A stretch of DNA of 64,000 nucleotides, taken from contig CAZGJC010000002.1 of NCBI GenBank assembly GCA_964526505.1, forward strand, positions 316 to 64,315, in the 5' to 3' direction. Shown one piece after another: positions 19,475 to 30,040 of this stretch. Under the pieces are notes generated by a model. It made no database searches. It was not told the origin of the DNA and saw only the letters and a list, made by a program, of their open reading frames with translations. Made by a program: the position numbers and the translations under genes. This stretch comes from an uncultured Clostridium sp. (GTDB lineage: Bacteria > Bacillota > Clostridia > Oscillospirales > CAG-272). Every line of letters begins with the position of its first letter. Position 1 is the stretch's first letter.

Positions 19475-22400
19475 ATGAGTAATTTTGTTCACTTGCATCT
19501 GCATACAGAATACAGTCTCCTTGACGGTGCCTGCCGTATAAAAGATATACCGCAAAGAATTAAAGAATGCAATCAAGATGCGGTTGCCATAACCGACCAC
19601 GGCAATATGTACGGTGTATTGTCATTCTATCAAGCCTGCAAAAAAGAGGGTATAAAGCCTATCATAGGATGCGAGGTGTACGTTGCACCGAAATCAAGAT
19701 TTGATAAAAAAAATACGGGCGGTGACAACTACTATCATCTTGTTTTGTTGTGCAAAAATGAGATCGGTTACAAAAACCTCATATATTTGGTTTCTTCTGC
19801 ATTTACGGAGGGATTCTACATCAAACCACGTATAGATGAAGAAATTTTAGAAAAGCACAGCGATGGTATTATAGCACTTTCTGCGTGTTTGTCGGGTAAA
19901 ATTCCCAAATTGCTTGCCACAGGAAATTATGACGAGGCGATTAAGTGTGCTAATTATTACAAACACATTTTCGGTGACGGCAATTTTTACATAGAAATAC
20001 AGGATCATGGAGCTGCAAGTAAATCTACCGAATTGATTCCGGATCTTGTGAAAGTAGCACGTGAATGCAATATTCCTCTTGTGGCGACAAATGACTGCCA
20101 CTATATACGTAAGCGTGATTCTGACACACAACAGGTTTTGATGTGTATACAAACCAATACCACGATAACCGATCCAAACAAACCGAGTTTTGATTGTGAC
20201 GATTATTACATAAAAACAACTGAGGAAATGGAGCGTATTTACGCAAAATATCCCGATGCAATTGAAAATACTGTTAAAATAGCCGACGCTTGCAATTTTG
20301 AATTTGAACTCGGTGGAGTATCATTGCCGAAATTTCCTTGCGAGCATGGAAAGAGTGCCGAACAATATTTAAGAGAACTTACTTACGAAGGATTTGAGAA
20401 AAGAGCGGAACGTGGACACATTATATTTGACGAAACTCAGAATCGATCCCGAGAGATTTATATAAAGAGAATAGAGTATGAACTCTCTGTTATAAATTCC
20501 ATGGGATACGCCGATTATTTTCTCATTGTTCAGGATTACGTTAATTTCGCCAAGCGTTCAGGTATTCCGGTCGGACCGGGAAGAGGTTCGGGGGCGGGAA
20601 GTCTCGTGGCTTATTTGCTCGGAATAACCGAAATCGATTCGATAAAATTTGATTTGCTCTTTGAAAGATTTTTAAATCCCGAAAGAGTGACTATGCCCGA
20701 TATAGACGTTGATTTTTGTTATGAACGCAGAGATGAGGTAATACGTTACGTTGAGCGTAAATATGGCAAAGAGAGAGTGTCGCAAATAATAACTTTCGGA
20801 ACGCTTGCCGCTAAGGCGTCTGTTCGTGATTGCGGACGAGCAATGGGAATGTCATATTCGGATGTTGACGCTGTTGCCAAGGAGATACCTAACGAAATAG
20901 GAATTACTTTAAGTCAAGCATTAAAAAAGCCGTCACTCGCCGACATGTATAAGAATTCCGACGATGTTCGTCAATTAATAGATACGGCGATGACATTGGA
21001 AGGAATGCCGAGAAACGTATCCGTACATGCCGCAGGCGTAGTAATTACGGAAAAGCCTGTTTGTGATTACGTTCCGCTTTCGACAAGCAACGGTGCGGTT
21101 GTTACACAGTTTGATATGGATACGATAGCGTCATTGGGACTTTTAAAATTTGACTTTCTTGCTTTGAGATATTTGACAATAATCGACAATGCAGAAAAAC
21201 AAATAAAGGAAACAAATCCGGATTTTGATATTGAAAAAATCCCGCTCGATGACCAAGATACGTACGATTTAATTTCGGGAGGCAACACGGTCGGAATATT
21301 CCAACTTGAATCCACCGGAATCAGGCAAGTACTTCAAAATTTGAGACCCGAACGAATAGATGATATAATCGCAGTGCTTGCACTGTATCGTCCGGGACCG
21401 ATGGACTCAATATCGAGATTTATCGAGTGTAAGCATGATCCGTCAAAAATAAAATACGATATTGTCGAACTTGAACCGATATTGCAATCCACGTACGGAT
21501 GCACCGTATATCAAGAACAAGTAATGAGCATTTTTCGCAATATTGCGGGGTATACCTTTGGTCACGCCGATATTGTTCGACGAGCAATGTCGAAGAAAAA
21601 AGCGTCTGTGCTGAATGCGGAGCGAGAGTGCTTTATATCCGGGGCTGAGAAAAACGGAATTGATAAATCAAAAGCCGAAAAATTGTTTGACGATATGTCA
21701 AGTTTCGCTAACTATGCATTCAACAAATCACATGCGGCCGCATATGCGGTGGTTTCTTACCGCACTGCATATCTTAAAACTCATTATACCGCAGAGTATA
21801 TGTCAGCATTGCTTACAAGTGTACTGGATAATCGTGTTAAAGTTGCAGAGTATATATCGGAATGTGCAAAATTCGGAATATCCGTACTTGCTCCGGACAT
21901 CAATACAAGCCGTGTCGCTTTTGCAATAGACAGAAGCAACGGAAATATAAGGTTCGGCTTGACGGCACTGAAAAATGTTGGAAAGCAATTTATAGAAGCG
22001 ATTATTGACGAACGAGAAAAAAAGCATTTTTCCTCATTTGAAAATTTTGTTGAGAGAATGTCGGAGAGAACGGATTTAAACAAGCGTCAAGTGGAGGCAC
22101 TTGTTAAGGTGGGGGCGTTTGACAGTCTTGGAACATATCGTTCGAAAATTATAGCGACCTACGAGACCATAATAGACAATGTGCAACAGAAAAAACACAA
22201 TAATATTTCAGGTCAGATTGATATGTTTTCCATGTCGGAAAATATCGGTACGTCACAATTTTCTTATCCCGATATTGAAGAACTTGATATGCGTAGACTT
22301 CTGATGTACGAAAAAGAGGCGTCCGGAATGTATTTTTCGGGGCATATTCTTGACAGTTTTTCGAAGAATATCGATGACTTGAAAGTATTGCGTATATCCG

Positions 22401-23155
22401 ATGCGGTGTCACCCGATAACAAGGACAAAAAATTTCGAGACGGTCAAAAAGTCGCATTTGTCGGAACAATATCGTCTGTTTCGTTTAAAACAACGAAAAA
22501 AGAAGAGCAAATGGCGTTCTTTAAAATGGAGGACAAGTTCGGAGAAATAGAATGTATTGTTTTTCCGAAAATGTATGTGGGATATGGTCATCATATTTTA
22601 ACAGACAGTGCTGTGTATGTGGAGGGTAATTTATCGTACAAGGATGACGAAATACCGAAACTTAATATAAGTTTGGTTATACCGTTGATAGAAAATAAAA
22701 AATACGATTCTCGTGCATCGGAACTGTTTTTACTTATGACGACATGCCAGACAAAGTATTCCGGTAACATAAAAAAAGCAGATATTGGTACAAATACCGA
22801 ACGTACAAAACCTCAGACGGTGGCTGACCCGAGGCTTGCTGTATATCTTTCGGCAAACGAATTGAATAAAGCGAGTCCGAACAGAATTCAGAATTCACGG
22901 CATGATGGCGGTATTGCCCCAAAACCACAAAAAATTCCAACTAAAATATATCTAAGGGTGCCTGATATGAAATGTGACAAATTCAAATATGTTAAGAATT
23001 TGGTCGATATATTTGATGAGGGGACGCTCGGCGTGATTTTTTATGATAGCAGTACGGCTAAATATTCCGAATACAGTAGAAAGATGTTTTATTCCGAATA
23101 TGCAATTTCCGAAATAAAAAAGATAATAGGAGACGAAAATTGCGTACTTAAATAA
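19475..23155 (+). CDS. dnaE: DNA polymerase III alpha subunit (DnaE type)
   Basis: PHP domain FVHLHLHTEYSLLDG, GPGRGSGAGSLVAYLLGIT, FNKSHAAAYA, and a C-terminal OB-fold region. Confidence 0.97.
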   Translation: MSNFVHLHLHTEYSLLDGACRIKDIPQRIKECNQDAVAITDHGNMYGVLSFYQACKKEGIKPIIGCEVYVAPKSRFDKKNTGGDNYYHLVLLCKNEIGYKNLIYLVSSAFTEGFYIKPRIDEEILEKHSDGIIALSACLSGKIPKLLATGNYDEAIKCANYYKHIFGDGNFYIEIQDHGAASKSTELIPDLVKVARECNIPLVATNDCHYIRKRDSDTQQVLMCIQTNTTITDPNKPSFDCDDYYIKTTEEMERIYAKYPDAIENTVKIADACNFEFELGGVSLPKFPCEHGKSAEQYLRELTYEGFEKRAERGHIIFDETQNRSREIYIKRIEYELSVINSMGYADYFLIVQDYVNFAKRSGIPVGPGRGSGAGSLVAYLLGITEIDSIKFDLLFERFLNPERVTMPDIDVDFCYERRDEVIRYVERKYGKERVSQIITFGTLAAKASVRDCGRAMGMSYSDVDAVAKEIPNEIGITLSQALKKPSLADMYKNSDDVRQLIDTAMTLEGMPRNVSVHAAGVVITEKPVCDYVPLSTSNGAVVTQFDMDTIASLGLLKFDFLALRYLTIIDNAEKQIKETNPDFDIEKIPLDDQDTYDLISGGNTVGIFQLESTGIRQVLQNLRPERIDDIIAVLALYRPGPMDSISRFIECKHDPSKIKYDIVELEPILQSTYGCTVYQEQVMSIFRNIAGYTFGHADIVRRAMSKKKASVLNAERECFISGAEKNGIDKSKAEKLFDDMSSFANYAFNKSHAAAYAVVSYRTAYLKTHYTAEYMSALLTSVLDNRVKVAEYISECAKFGISVLAPDINTSRVAFAIDRSNGNIRFGLTALKNVGKQFIEAIIDEREKKHFSSFENFVERMSERTDLNKRQVEALVKVGAFDSLGTYRSKIIATYETIIDNVQQKKHNNISGQIDMFSMSENIGTSQFSYPDIEELDMRRLLMYEKEASGMYFSGHILDSFSKNIDDLKVLRISDAVSPDNKDKKFRDGQKVAFVGTISSVSFKTTKKEEQMAFFKMEDKFGEIECIVFPKMYVGYGHHILTDSAVYVEGNLSYKDDEIPKLNISLVIPLIENKKYDSRASELFLLMTTCQTKYSGNIKKADIGTNTERTKPQTVADPRLAVYLSANELNKASPNRIQNSRHDGGIAPKPQKIPTKIYLRVPDMKCDKFKYVKNLVDIFDEGTLGVIFYDSSTAKYSEYSRKMFYSEYAISEIKKIIGDENCVLK

Positions 23156-23157
23156 CA

Positions 23158-23198
23158 AAAAAATCCCGTAACCAGTTTATCGGTTACGGGAATTTTTT
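23158..23198. terminator. Bidirectional terminator between dnaE and pgm
   Basis: Stem cccgtaacc/ggttacggg, flanked by an A-run on the left and a T-run on the right. Confidence 0.8.
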
Positions 23199-24912
23199 AA
23201 ATATTCAGTGTGTGTTTGTAGTTTGCGATTTTATCAAGTGCGTCTTCGTTATTTTTCGCCAAAACGAGGAAGTAGAATTTGATTTTGGGTTCTGTTCCCG
23301 ACGGGCGAACGATTATGACGTCTCCGTTGTCAAGTTTGAAATAGAGAACGTTGGATTTGGGCAATCCGGTGGGAGTTTTTTTGCCGGTTGCAATATCGGT
23401 AAATTCTTCCGCCTTGTAGTCACCGAAAGTAACCACGCAACAATTTCCGATTTGCGTCGGACAGTTGTTACGTAATCCGTCCATAATTGCCGAGATTTTT
23501 GAGGGACCGTCTACGCCTTCTATATATATTTCGGAGTTGGTTTCAAAATAGTAGCCGTATCTTTCATACAATTTTTGCAAAGCGTCGGAAATGGTCATAT
23601 TTTTACTTGCATAATATGCAGTCATTTCACATATAAGCATTGATGCTACGACTGCATCTTTGTCTCTGGCGTAAGTGCCTTTGAGATAGCCGTAACTTTC
23701 TTCAAATCCGAAAATATACGAGCCTTTTCCGAGTATTTCGTGCTTTTTGATCACTTCACCGATAAACTTAAATCCGGTCAGGACGTTAAAGAGTTCTACG
23801 TTGTGAGAGGAACATATTTTTGCAGCAAGTTCGGTTGTGACTATGGTTTTAACGGCATAGGGAAGAGGAGGCATGGTGTTTGTTTCTTCATAAGCGGTAA
23901 TAATATAGTCTAAAAGAAGGGCACCCATTTGGTTTCCTGTGATAGTAGTGAAACTGCCATCAGACGTTCTTGCAACGACACCTACACGGTCTGCATCAGG
24001 GTCGGTTGCTATTACAAGATCGCTACCCACTTTGTTTGCAAGTTCTATGCCTAATTTGAAAACAGCCGCATATTCCGGATTCGGTTTTTCAACAGTCGGG
24101 AAATTGCCGTCTATAACAAACTGTTCTTCAACCTTGTATAAATGTTTAAGACCCGTTCTTTTAAGTATTTCCGGAACAAGTTTATGACCTGTACCATGGA
24201 GAGGGGTGTAAACTATCTTCAAAGTGTCAGCGACATCTCTTACAGCACAAGGATTTACAGCCTGTTTTTGAACTTGTGCGAGATATTTCTCATCAATTTC
24301 ATCACCGATAACCGTAATCAATCCACTTGCCACACCATCTTGGAAATTTATACGCTTTACGTCGTTAAATATATCCACTTTGGCAATTTCAGCCGATGCG
24401 GTATCTGCGTGTTCGGGAGGAAGCTGGGCACCGTCTTCCCAATAAGCCTTATATCCGTTATATTGTTTTGGATTGTGTGAAGCGGTTATATTTATTCCGG
24501 CAACACATTTAAGTTCTCTTAAAGCAAACGACAATTCGGGGGTGGGTCTGAGTGCATCGAAAATGTAGACGCATATACCCGAAGCAGCCAACACCTCGGC
24601 GGAAACTTTTGCAAAAAGTTCGGAATTGTTTCTTGAATCATATGCAATAACCACACCGTTTTTTGCTCTGCCTTCTTTTATGATAAGTGAAGCAAGTCCT
24701 TGTGTTGCGTGTGCAACAGTGTAGATATTCATGGCATTCATACCTACTTTCATCGTGCCTCTCAAACCTGCGGTTCCGAACGAAAGGTATGATGAAAAAC
24801 GGAATTTTATTTCGTTTTCGTCATTCTCTATTGAACGAAGTTCTGCTTTTTCCGCATCGGAAAGAATTGGTGAATTAAGCCAGCGTTGATAGTTTTCAAT
24901 GTAGTTTTGCAT
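23197..24912 (-). CDS. pgm: Phosphoglucomutase / phosphomannomutase (alpha-D-phosphohexomutase)
   Basis: Phosphoserine loop GINITASHNPKQYNGYK and metal loop ATDPDADRVG. The start at 24912 follows AGAGG. Confidence 0.92.
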   Translation of the reverse strand: MQNYIENYQRWLNSPILSDAEKAELRSIENDENEIKFRFSSYLSFGTAGLRGTMKVGMNAMNIYTVAHATQGLASLIIKEGRAKNGVVIAYDSRNNSELFAKVSAEVLAASGICVYIFDALRPTPELSFALRELKCVAGINITASHNPKQYNGYKAYWEDGAQLPPEHADTASAEIAKVDIFNDVKRINFQDGVASGLITVIGDEIDEKYLAQVQKQAVNPCAVRDVADTLKIVYTPLHGTGHKLVPEILKRTGLKHLYKVEEQFVIDGNFPTVEKPNPEYAAVFKLGIELANKVGSDLVIATDPDADRVGVVARTSDGSFTTITGNQMGALLLDYIITAYEETNTMPPLPYAVKTIVTTELAAKICSSHNVELFNVLTGFKFIGEVIKKHEILGKGSYIFGFEESYGYLKGTYARDKDAVVASMLICEMTAYYASKNMTISDALQKLYERYGYYFETNSEIYIEGVDGPSKISAIMDGLRNNCPTQIGNCCVVTFGDYKAEEFTDIATGKKTPTGLPKSNVLYFKLDNGDVIIVRPSGTEPKIKFYFLVLAKNNEDALDKIANYKHTLNI

Positions 24913-24928
24913 TTTCGTTACCTCTTTG

Positions 24929-25183
24929 TTATTTATTTGCAATATACTCTTCGAGTGCTTTTGAAAGTTGGTCGGGACAAGACGTCGCTCTCGGTCCGCA
25001 TTTTATACCTTGAAGACGGTTTATTGCGTCTTCAATACTCATTCCCCTCAATAAGGCACAGAGTCCCTGTGTGTTTCCGGAACATCCGCCGAGAAATGAT
25101 GCATCTTTTATAATTCCATCTTCTATTTCAATATCGATTTTTCTTGAACAAACTCCGTGTGGAGTATATGTTATGTGTTCCAT
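24929..25183 (-). CDS. TSCPD-domain protein (TIGR03905-like)
   Basis: HGVCSRKIDIEIEDGIIKDASFLGGCSGNTQG...CGPRATSCPDQL. The start at 25183 follows AGGAGA. Confidence 0.8.
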   Translation of the reverse strand: MEHITYTPHGVCSRKIDIEIEDGIIKDASFLGGCSGNTQGLCALLRGMSIEDAINRLQGIKCGPRATSCPDQLSKALEEYIANK

Positions 25184-25202
25184 TGGATGTGTCTCCTTGT
25201 TT

Positions 25203-27044
25203 TTAAAGTAATCCGAGAATGGCAAAACTGTCTGACATAAAAGATTTAAGTTCGTCGGCAGTCAGCCTGCGTTGAGATAAGAGTGCAAGTTTATATATTT
25301 CGGACGCCATGAGCTTGCCTTTTTCTTCGTTATCGGAAATAATGCTCGTAAGTTTGGATATCAATTCCGACGACGTATTGACAATGAATGTATATTCAAC
25401 AGGGATTGTATTCATACCCATTCCCATATCAGCATACATTTTCATCATTGATTCGAGACGTCTTGATTCCTCTGAAACAGTTAGAATGGCAGGTATATTT
25501 TTGTCTTTGAGAGCGTGAAATTCTATTTTGAGATTGTCATTTCCACTAACTGTCTTGAATACGCTTTCGAGTGTACTGTCAACCTCGCCGTCGGTTTCTT
25601 TGAGTAAATCAACGTCTGCATCGACACGCTTGAACTTAACTTCGGAATTTACGCTTTCCCACATAGATACAAACTGTGTATCGAGACCGTCGGGAAGTAT
25701 CGCAATTTTGTATCCCTGTGATTCATACAACGATACATATTGTGCTTGAACTTCTTTGTCGGTCGCGTAGTATACGGTGTTTTTATGAGTTTCTTCGCAA
25801 TCTTTAAGATAATCATCTACGGAGAGATAGGTGTTATCGGTAAGTTCCAAAAGATATGAGGATTTTATTCTGTCAAAGAATTTACGATCTCTCAGTGATG
25901 CATACTCCACGAATATTTTTAGTTTAGACCAAATTGATTCGTATTTTTCTCTGTCGTTGGCACACATAAGTGAAAGTTTATCGGCAACTTTTTTAACTAT
26001 GTGATTTGCAACTTTTTTGACATAGGCACTGTCTTGTAAATAACTTCTTGAAACGTTCAGTGGGAGCTCGGGGCAATCAAGCACTCCACGTAGCATGAGG
26101 AGATACTCGGGAATGATATCTTTAATGTCGTCTGCAACAAATACTTGATTATAGAACAGTTTTATTTGACCCTCATATGACTCGTATTCGTTCGCTCTTG
26201 TGGGGAAATATAATATTCCTTTGAAGTTTAACGGATAGTCGGCGTTTATGTGTATATGGAATAATGGCTCTTTATAATCGGAAAAAACTTTCTTGTAAAA
26301 ATCATTATATTCCTCATCGGTACAGTCTGACGGGTTTTTGAGCCAGAGCGGGGAAGCGTCGTTTATGGGTGCAGACTCTTCCGATGCATCGTCTTTTTCA
26401 GATTCGTCATCATTGACCTCGGAAAAATAGATGTTAACCGACATAAACGAGCAGTATTTTTCAAGAATATTTTGCACTTTATATTTGTCAAGATATTCCG
26501 ATTCTTCGTCGGATATGTGCATAATAACGTCGGTACCGTGAGTTTCTTTGTCGGATGACGTTATTTCATACTCTCCCGAACCGTCACAAACCCAGTGTAT
26601 TGCAGGGGAGTCGGTATAAGATTTAGTGGTAACTTCCACTTTGTCTGAAACCATAAACGATGAATAAAATCCGAGACCGAAATGACCTATTATGCCACTG
26701 TTATTATTGTTCTCATCATATTTTTGAATGAAGTCCAATGCACCCGAAAGAGCAATAGAGCAAATATATTTTTCAAGTTCTTCTTCGGTCATTCCAATGC
26801 CGTTATCTGACACGGTTATGGTTTTTGCGTCCTTGTCGAGAACAACTTTTACAAAATATTGTTCGTCGTTTGCATCATATTTTCCAAGTGATGCAAGTCG
26901 TTTTAATTTGGTAACCGCATCGGATGCATTTGATACAATTTCACGTAAAAATATGTCTTTTTCCGAATATAACCATTTTTTTATAATGGGGAATATGTGT
27001 GATGTCTCGACGGATATTCCGCCTTTTTTAAAATTTTCTTCCAT
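25203..27044 (-). CDS. htpG: Molecular chaperone HtpG (Hsp90)
   Basis: KDIFLREIVSNASDA, DNGIGMT and GHFGLGFYSSFMV. The start is ATG at 27044 (MEENFKKGG). Confidence 0.96.
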   Translation of the reverse strand: MEENFKKGGISVETSHIFPIIKKWLYSEKDIFLREIVSNASDAVTKLKRLASLGKYDANDEQYFVKVVLDKDAKTITVSDNGIGMTEEELEKYICSIALSGALDFIQKYDENNNNSGIIGHFGLGFYSSFMVSDKVEVTTKSYTDSPAIHWVCDGSGEYEITSSDKETHGTDVIMHISDEESEYLDKYKVQNILEKYCSFMSVNIYFSEVNDDESEKDDASEESAPINDASPLWLKNPSDCTDEEYNDFYKKVFSDYKEPLFHIHINADYPLNFKGILYFPTRANEYESYEGQIKLFYNQVFVADDIKDIIPEYLLMLRGVLDCPELPLNVSRSYLQDSAYVKKVANHIVKKVADKLSLMCANDREKYESIWSKLKIFVEYASLRDRKFFDRIKSSYLLELTDNTYLSVDDYLKDCEETHKNTVYYATDKEVQAQYVSLYESQGYKIAILPDGLDTQFVSMWESVNSEVKFKRVDADVDLLKETDGEVDSTLESVFKTVSGNDNLKIEFHALKDKNIPAILTVSEESRRLESMMKMYADMGMGMNTIPVEYTFIVNTSSELISKLTSIISDNEEKGKLMASEIYKLALLSQRRLTADELKSFMSDSFAILGLL

Positions 27045-27142
27045 ATGTGTATTTCCTTTCCGCCGCTGTGATGGTACCTGTCGAGTGGCAGTGCAAAGCA
27101 AACGGCAACGTAAATTGTTTTATTGATTGAGTGTAGTTCGGG

Positions 27143-28549
27143 TTATTTTTTCTTGTTTTTAGAATTTGATTTCCGTTCGTTTCTTTGGGATTTTTTGTCC
27201 TTTCTTTTGGTCGAACGATCTTTAAACCAAGCAAGAAGGGAATCGACTCTTACCTTGACGTCACTATGCTCATATTTGTAGAGCCAAGTATGCTCTTCTT
27301 TATGCGTTATTTTGTTAGGATCCGAAAGCGAGCGTGCCGATACATACGCTTCCGTGTCGGTAGGTTCGCCTTTTTCTTCAAGTTTCTTTTCCATAACATT
27401 TTTAACTACGGCTATTATGGTGGCAAAAAGAGGCACACCTATTATCATACCGAATATTCCGAGTATGCTTCCCATAACCGAAATTGAAATGATAACGGTG
27501 AGAGAACTGACGTTTGTGGCGTCTCCGAGAATTTTAGGACCTATAATATTTCCGTCTATTTGCTGTATAATAAATATCAACACTATAACAAGTATAAATT
27601 TTGACGGATTTGAAATAAGTACGATAAAAGCAACAGGAATTGCACCGATAATGGGGCCGAAGACAGGAATGATATTTGTTATTCCGACTATCGTGGCATT
27701 AAGAACGTTGTAATCCGATATACCGAACACTTCGAAAACTACGTATGCAAGCAATCCGATGATGAGCGAGTCGATAATTTTACCTTCAATAAATCCGTTA
27801 AAGTTTTTATTTGCGATTTTTGAAACGTCAACCAAAAACTCGTCTTGCTTTTTCGACAGAAATGCACGCCTGAATTTTTTTATTTGAGCTTTTCTTAAAT
27901 CTTTTGATACGAGCAGATAGAACGCCATAAAAAATCCAATCAGAAGATTTTTAAGAAAATCATATACGCTCAAACCGATTTGTTTGAGATATGGTGCAAG
28001 ACTGGAAATTAATCCGTATGTGCTGTCAAGGTCAATTGAACCATTGCCGTCGGATGGAATGATTTTTTGAATATATTTTTCTATGTCGCTGTATTGCAAC
28101 ACTTCCGTATATTCACGTGCGGAATCACGGTAAAAGAAATTCTTAAAGTTATTGACAGTATCATTCACGAAATCCACAAAGTTTTTCAGATAAATATCGT
28201 AATTGCTGATTAGGTTTGCAATGCTATCCAAAAATTGCGGAACTATAAGTAAACAAACAAGTGCGATAATTGCCACAATTGTTATTATGGTCAATATGAT
28301 TGAGCAAACAAAGCACATATTTTTTCGTAAAAGCGACGTTTTTTTCCATGCAAAAATCCTGTTTTCGTAAAACTTCAAAATAGGATTCATCAGAAATGCG
28401 ATGACAACGCCGGTGACAATAGGAGCAAATATTTTGCTTAATGCGTCGATATTAAATACCAAATAAAAGAGAGCGGTTATTCCGATCAATATTCCGATTG
28501 ATACAAGAAAAATACCCATTCCGTTACTTTTTTTGCTTTTTTCTTCCAT
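27143..28549 (-). CDS. AI-2E family transporter (PerM/UPF0118) with a Lys/Arg-rich C-terminal tail
   Basis: Multi-TM protein with the characteristic IPVFGPIIGAIP and QQIDGNIIGPKILG motifs. Confidence 0.85.
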   Translation of the reverse strand: MEEKSKKSNGMGIFLVSIGILIGITALFYLVFNIDALSKIFAPIVTGVVIAFLMNPILKFYENRIFAWKKTSLLRKNMCFVCSIILTIITIVAIIALVCLLIVPQFLDSIANLISNYDIYLKNFVDFVNDTVNNFKNFFYRDSAREYTEVLQYSDIEKYIQKIIPSDGNGSIDLDSTYGLISSLAPYLKQIGLSVYDFLKNLLIGFFMAFYLLVSKDLRKAQIKKFRRAFLSKKQDEFLVDVSKIANKNFNGFIEGKIIDSLIIGLLAYVVFEVFGISDYNVLNATIVGITNIIPVFGPIIGAIPVAFIVLISNPSKFILVIVLIFIIQQIDGNIIGPKILGDATNVSSLTVIISISVMGSILGIFGMIIGVPLFATIIAVVKNVMEKKLEEKGEPTDTEAYVSARSLSDPNKITHKEEHTWLYKYEHSDVKVRVDSLLAWFKDRSTKRKDKKSQRNERKSNSKNKKK

Positions 28550-28777
28550 AAGTTTTTCCCTTCGACAGACAATTGCAACGATAATCGTTATACATATAAA
28601 ATATTATATACTCTTTTTGTTTTTAAGTCAATACGGTATACAGTCAAATAAGTTAATTTTTTAAAAAGCGTAAATTAAAATTTTATAAAAAAGTTTAACG
28701 AAAATTAACAGAAGTTTATATAAATGGTTGTATAATAAATTGATTGGTTAAACTAAAAGATTGGATGTCGAGAGTAT

Positions 28778-29635
28778 ATGAAAAGTATAACAAAAAAAGA
28801 GGCATATGCCAAAATCAATTTATTTTTAGATATCGAATCGAAAAGAGATGACGGATATCATAACGTAATAAGCGTTATGCAGAGTGTCGGTCTTTGCGAC
28901 GTAATAACGGTTGAGTATGACGATGAAAAGCCGAAAAAAATAGAAATATCTTGTAACAATCCGAAAGTGCCTCTCGGCGATGAAAATATAGTTTATACTG
29001 TTGCAAATAAAATGATAGACAAGGGATATTTGAAAATTCATATAGAAAAAAATATCCCCATGGCAGCCGGACTTGCCGGCGGAAGTACTGATGCCGCTTC
29101 CGTTATTGTTATGATAAACGAAATCGCCGGAAACGGTATGTCAAATGATGAATTAACGGCGTTTGGTGCTAAAATCGGTGCTGATGTCCCTTTTTGCATT
29201 TTCGGCGGAACAAAGTTGACGAAAGGCATAGGCGAACAAATAAGTGATTTTGCACCCATGCCAAATGGCATATATTTAGTGATTGCCTGTATGGGTGACG
29301 GGGTATCAACGCCTCTGGCATATTCCATACTTGACGACAAATATGACAACTTCGAAAATTATGTTCCGAAAATCGAAAATTTAGAGGTTCTGAATTCGTG
29401 TAGAGGAAATCTGTATGACGGAATGTTTAATATATTCGAGTCTGTGATTATCGCACAAAGACCTTATGTTAAATTGCTAAAAGATACGATGACACAGTGC
29501 GGTTCGGAATTTGCAATGATGAGCGGTAGCGGTCCGTCTGTGTTCGGCATTTTCAAAACCGAAGATTCGGCAAAAAAAGCGATGGAAGAACTAAGACAGA
29601 TAGGTGCCGACGCATATATCTGTCGTCCTTGCTAA
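28778..29635 (+). CDS. ispE: 4-diphosphocytidyl-2-C-methyl-D-erythritol kinase
   Basis: AKINLFLDI and the GHMP motif PMAAGLAGGSTDAAS. Confidence 0.95.
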   Translation: MKSITKKEAYAKINLFLDIESKRDDGYHNVISVMQSVGLCDVITVEYDDEKPKKIEISCNNPKVPLGDENIVYTVANKMIDKGYLKIHIEKNIPMAAGLAGGSTDAASVIVMINEIAGNGMSNDELTAFGAKIGADVPFCIFGGTKLTKGIGEQISDFAPMPNGIYLVIACMGDGVSTPLAYSILDDKYDNFENYVPKIENLEVLNSCRGNLYDGMFNIFESVIIAQRPYVKLLKDTMTQCGSEFAMMSGSGPSVFGIFKTEDSAKKAMEELRQIGADAYICRPC

Positions 29636-29664
29636 ATAAAAAATCCGCATCCAAAAAGGATGCG
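29634..29664 (-). terminator. Terminator after the acyl carrier protein gene (hairpin shared with the ispE 3' end)
   Basis: Stem ccgcatcc/ggatgcgg. A U-run follows on the minus strand (the forward strand has an A-run at 29634-29643). Confidence 0.65.
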
Positions 29665-29687
29665 GGAAAATATAAATTATATGCAAA

Positions 29688-29912
29688 TTAAACGTTTGCT
29701 TCGAGATAACTTACAACGTCACCGACTGTAATGAATGAATGAAGATCTTCATCGTCGATAGTTAAGTCGAATTTTTCTTCGCAAATCATTACGAGGTCTG
29801 CAAGTTCAATGGAATTGATACCGAGATCTGCCGAAAGTTCCGCTTCGAGAGTAATATCTTCCTCGTTTATTTGAAGTTCCGATACCAGCAACTCTTTTAT
29901 TTTCTCAAACAT
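29688..29912 (-). CDS. Acyl carrier protein (stand-alone)
   Basis: 74-aa acidic protein with DLGINSIELADLVM (Ser phosphopantetheine attachment context). Confidence 0.85.
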   Translation of the reverse strand: MFEKIKELLVSELQINEEDITLEAELSADLGINSIELADLVMICEEKFDLTIDDEDLHSFITVGDVVSYLEANV

Positions 29913-30040
29913 TTTGTTTCCTCCTATAAAATTTCACTGACGGTTGAATACCAACCGCAAAAGTACGCCTAACTATTATAAGACCTTTTATACTTTTTGT
30001 CAAGCAAAATCGAAATTTTTTTAATTTTCGACATTTTCAT

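Noticed and set aside
19475-23155. DnaE length (1226 aa) as evidence of an intein or extra domain
   Set aside because: There are no intein splice motifs. The extra residues are a low-complexity linker and tail after the OB-fold, within the normal variation for DnaE.
27045-27142. CIRCE or CtsR heat-shock operator upstream of htpG
   Set aside because: The minus-strand sequence ttGCACTgccactcgacagg only superficially resembles TTAGCACTC-N9-GAGTGCTAA. The second half-site is missing, and there is no GGTCAAA repeat.
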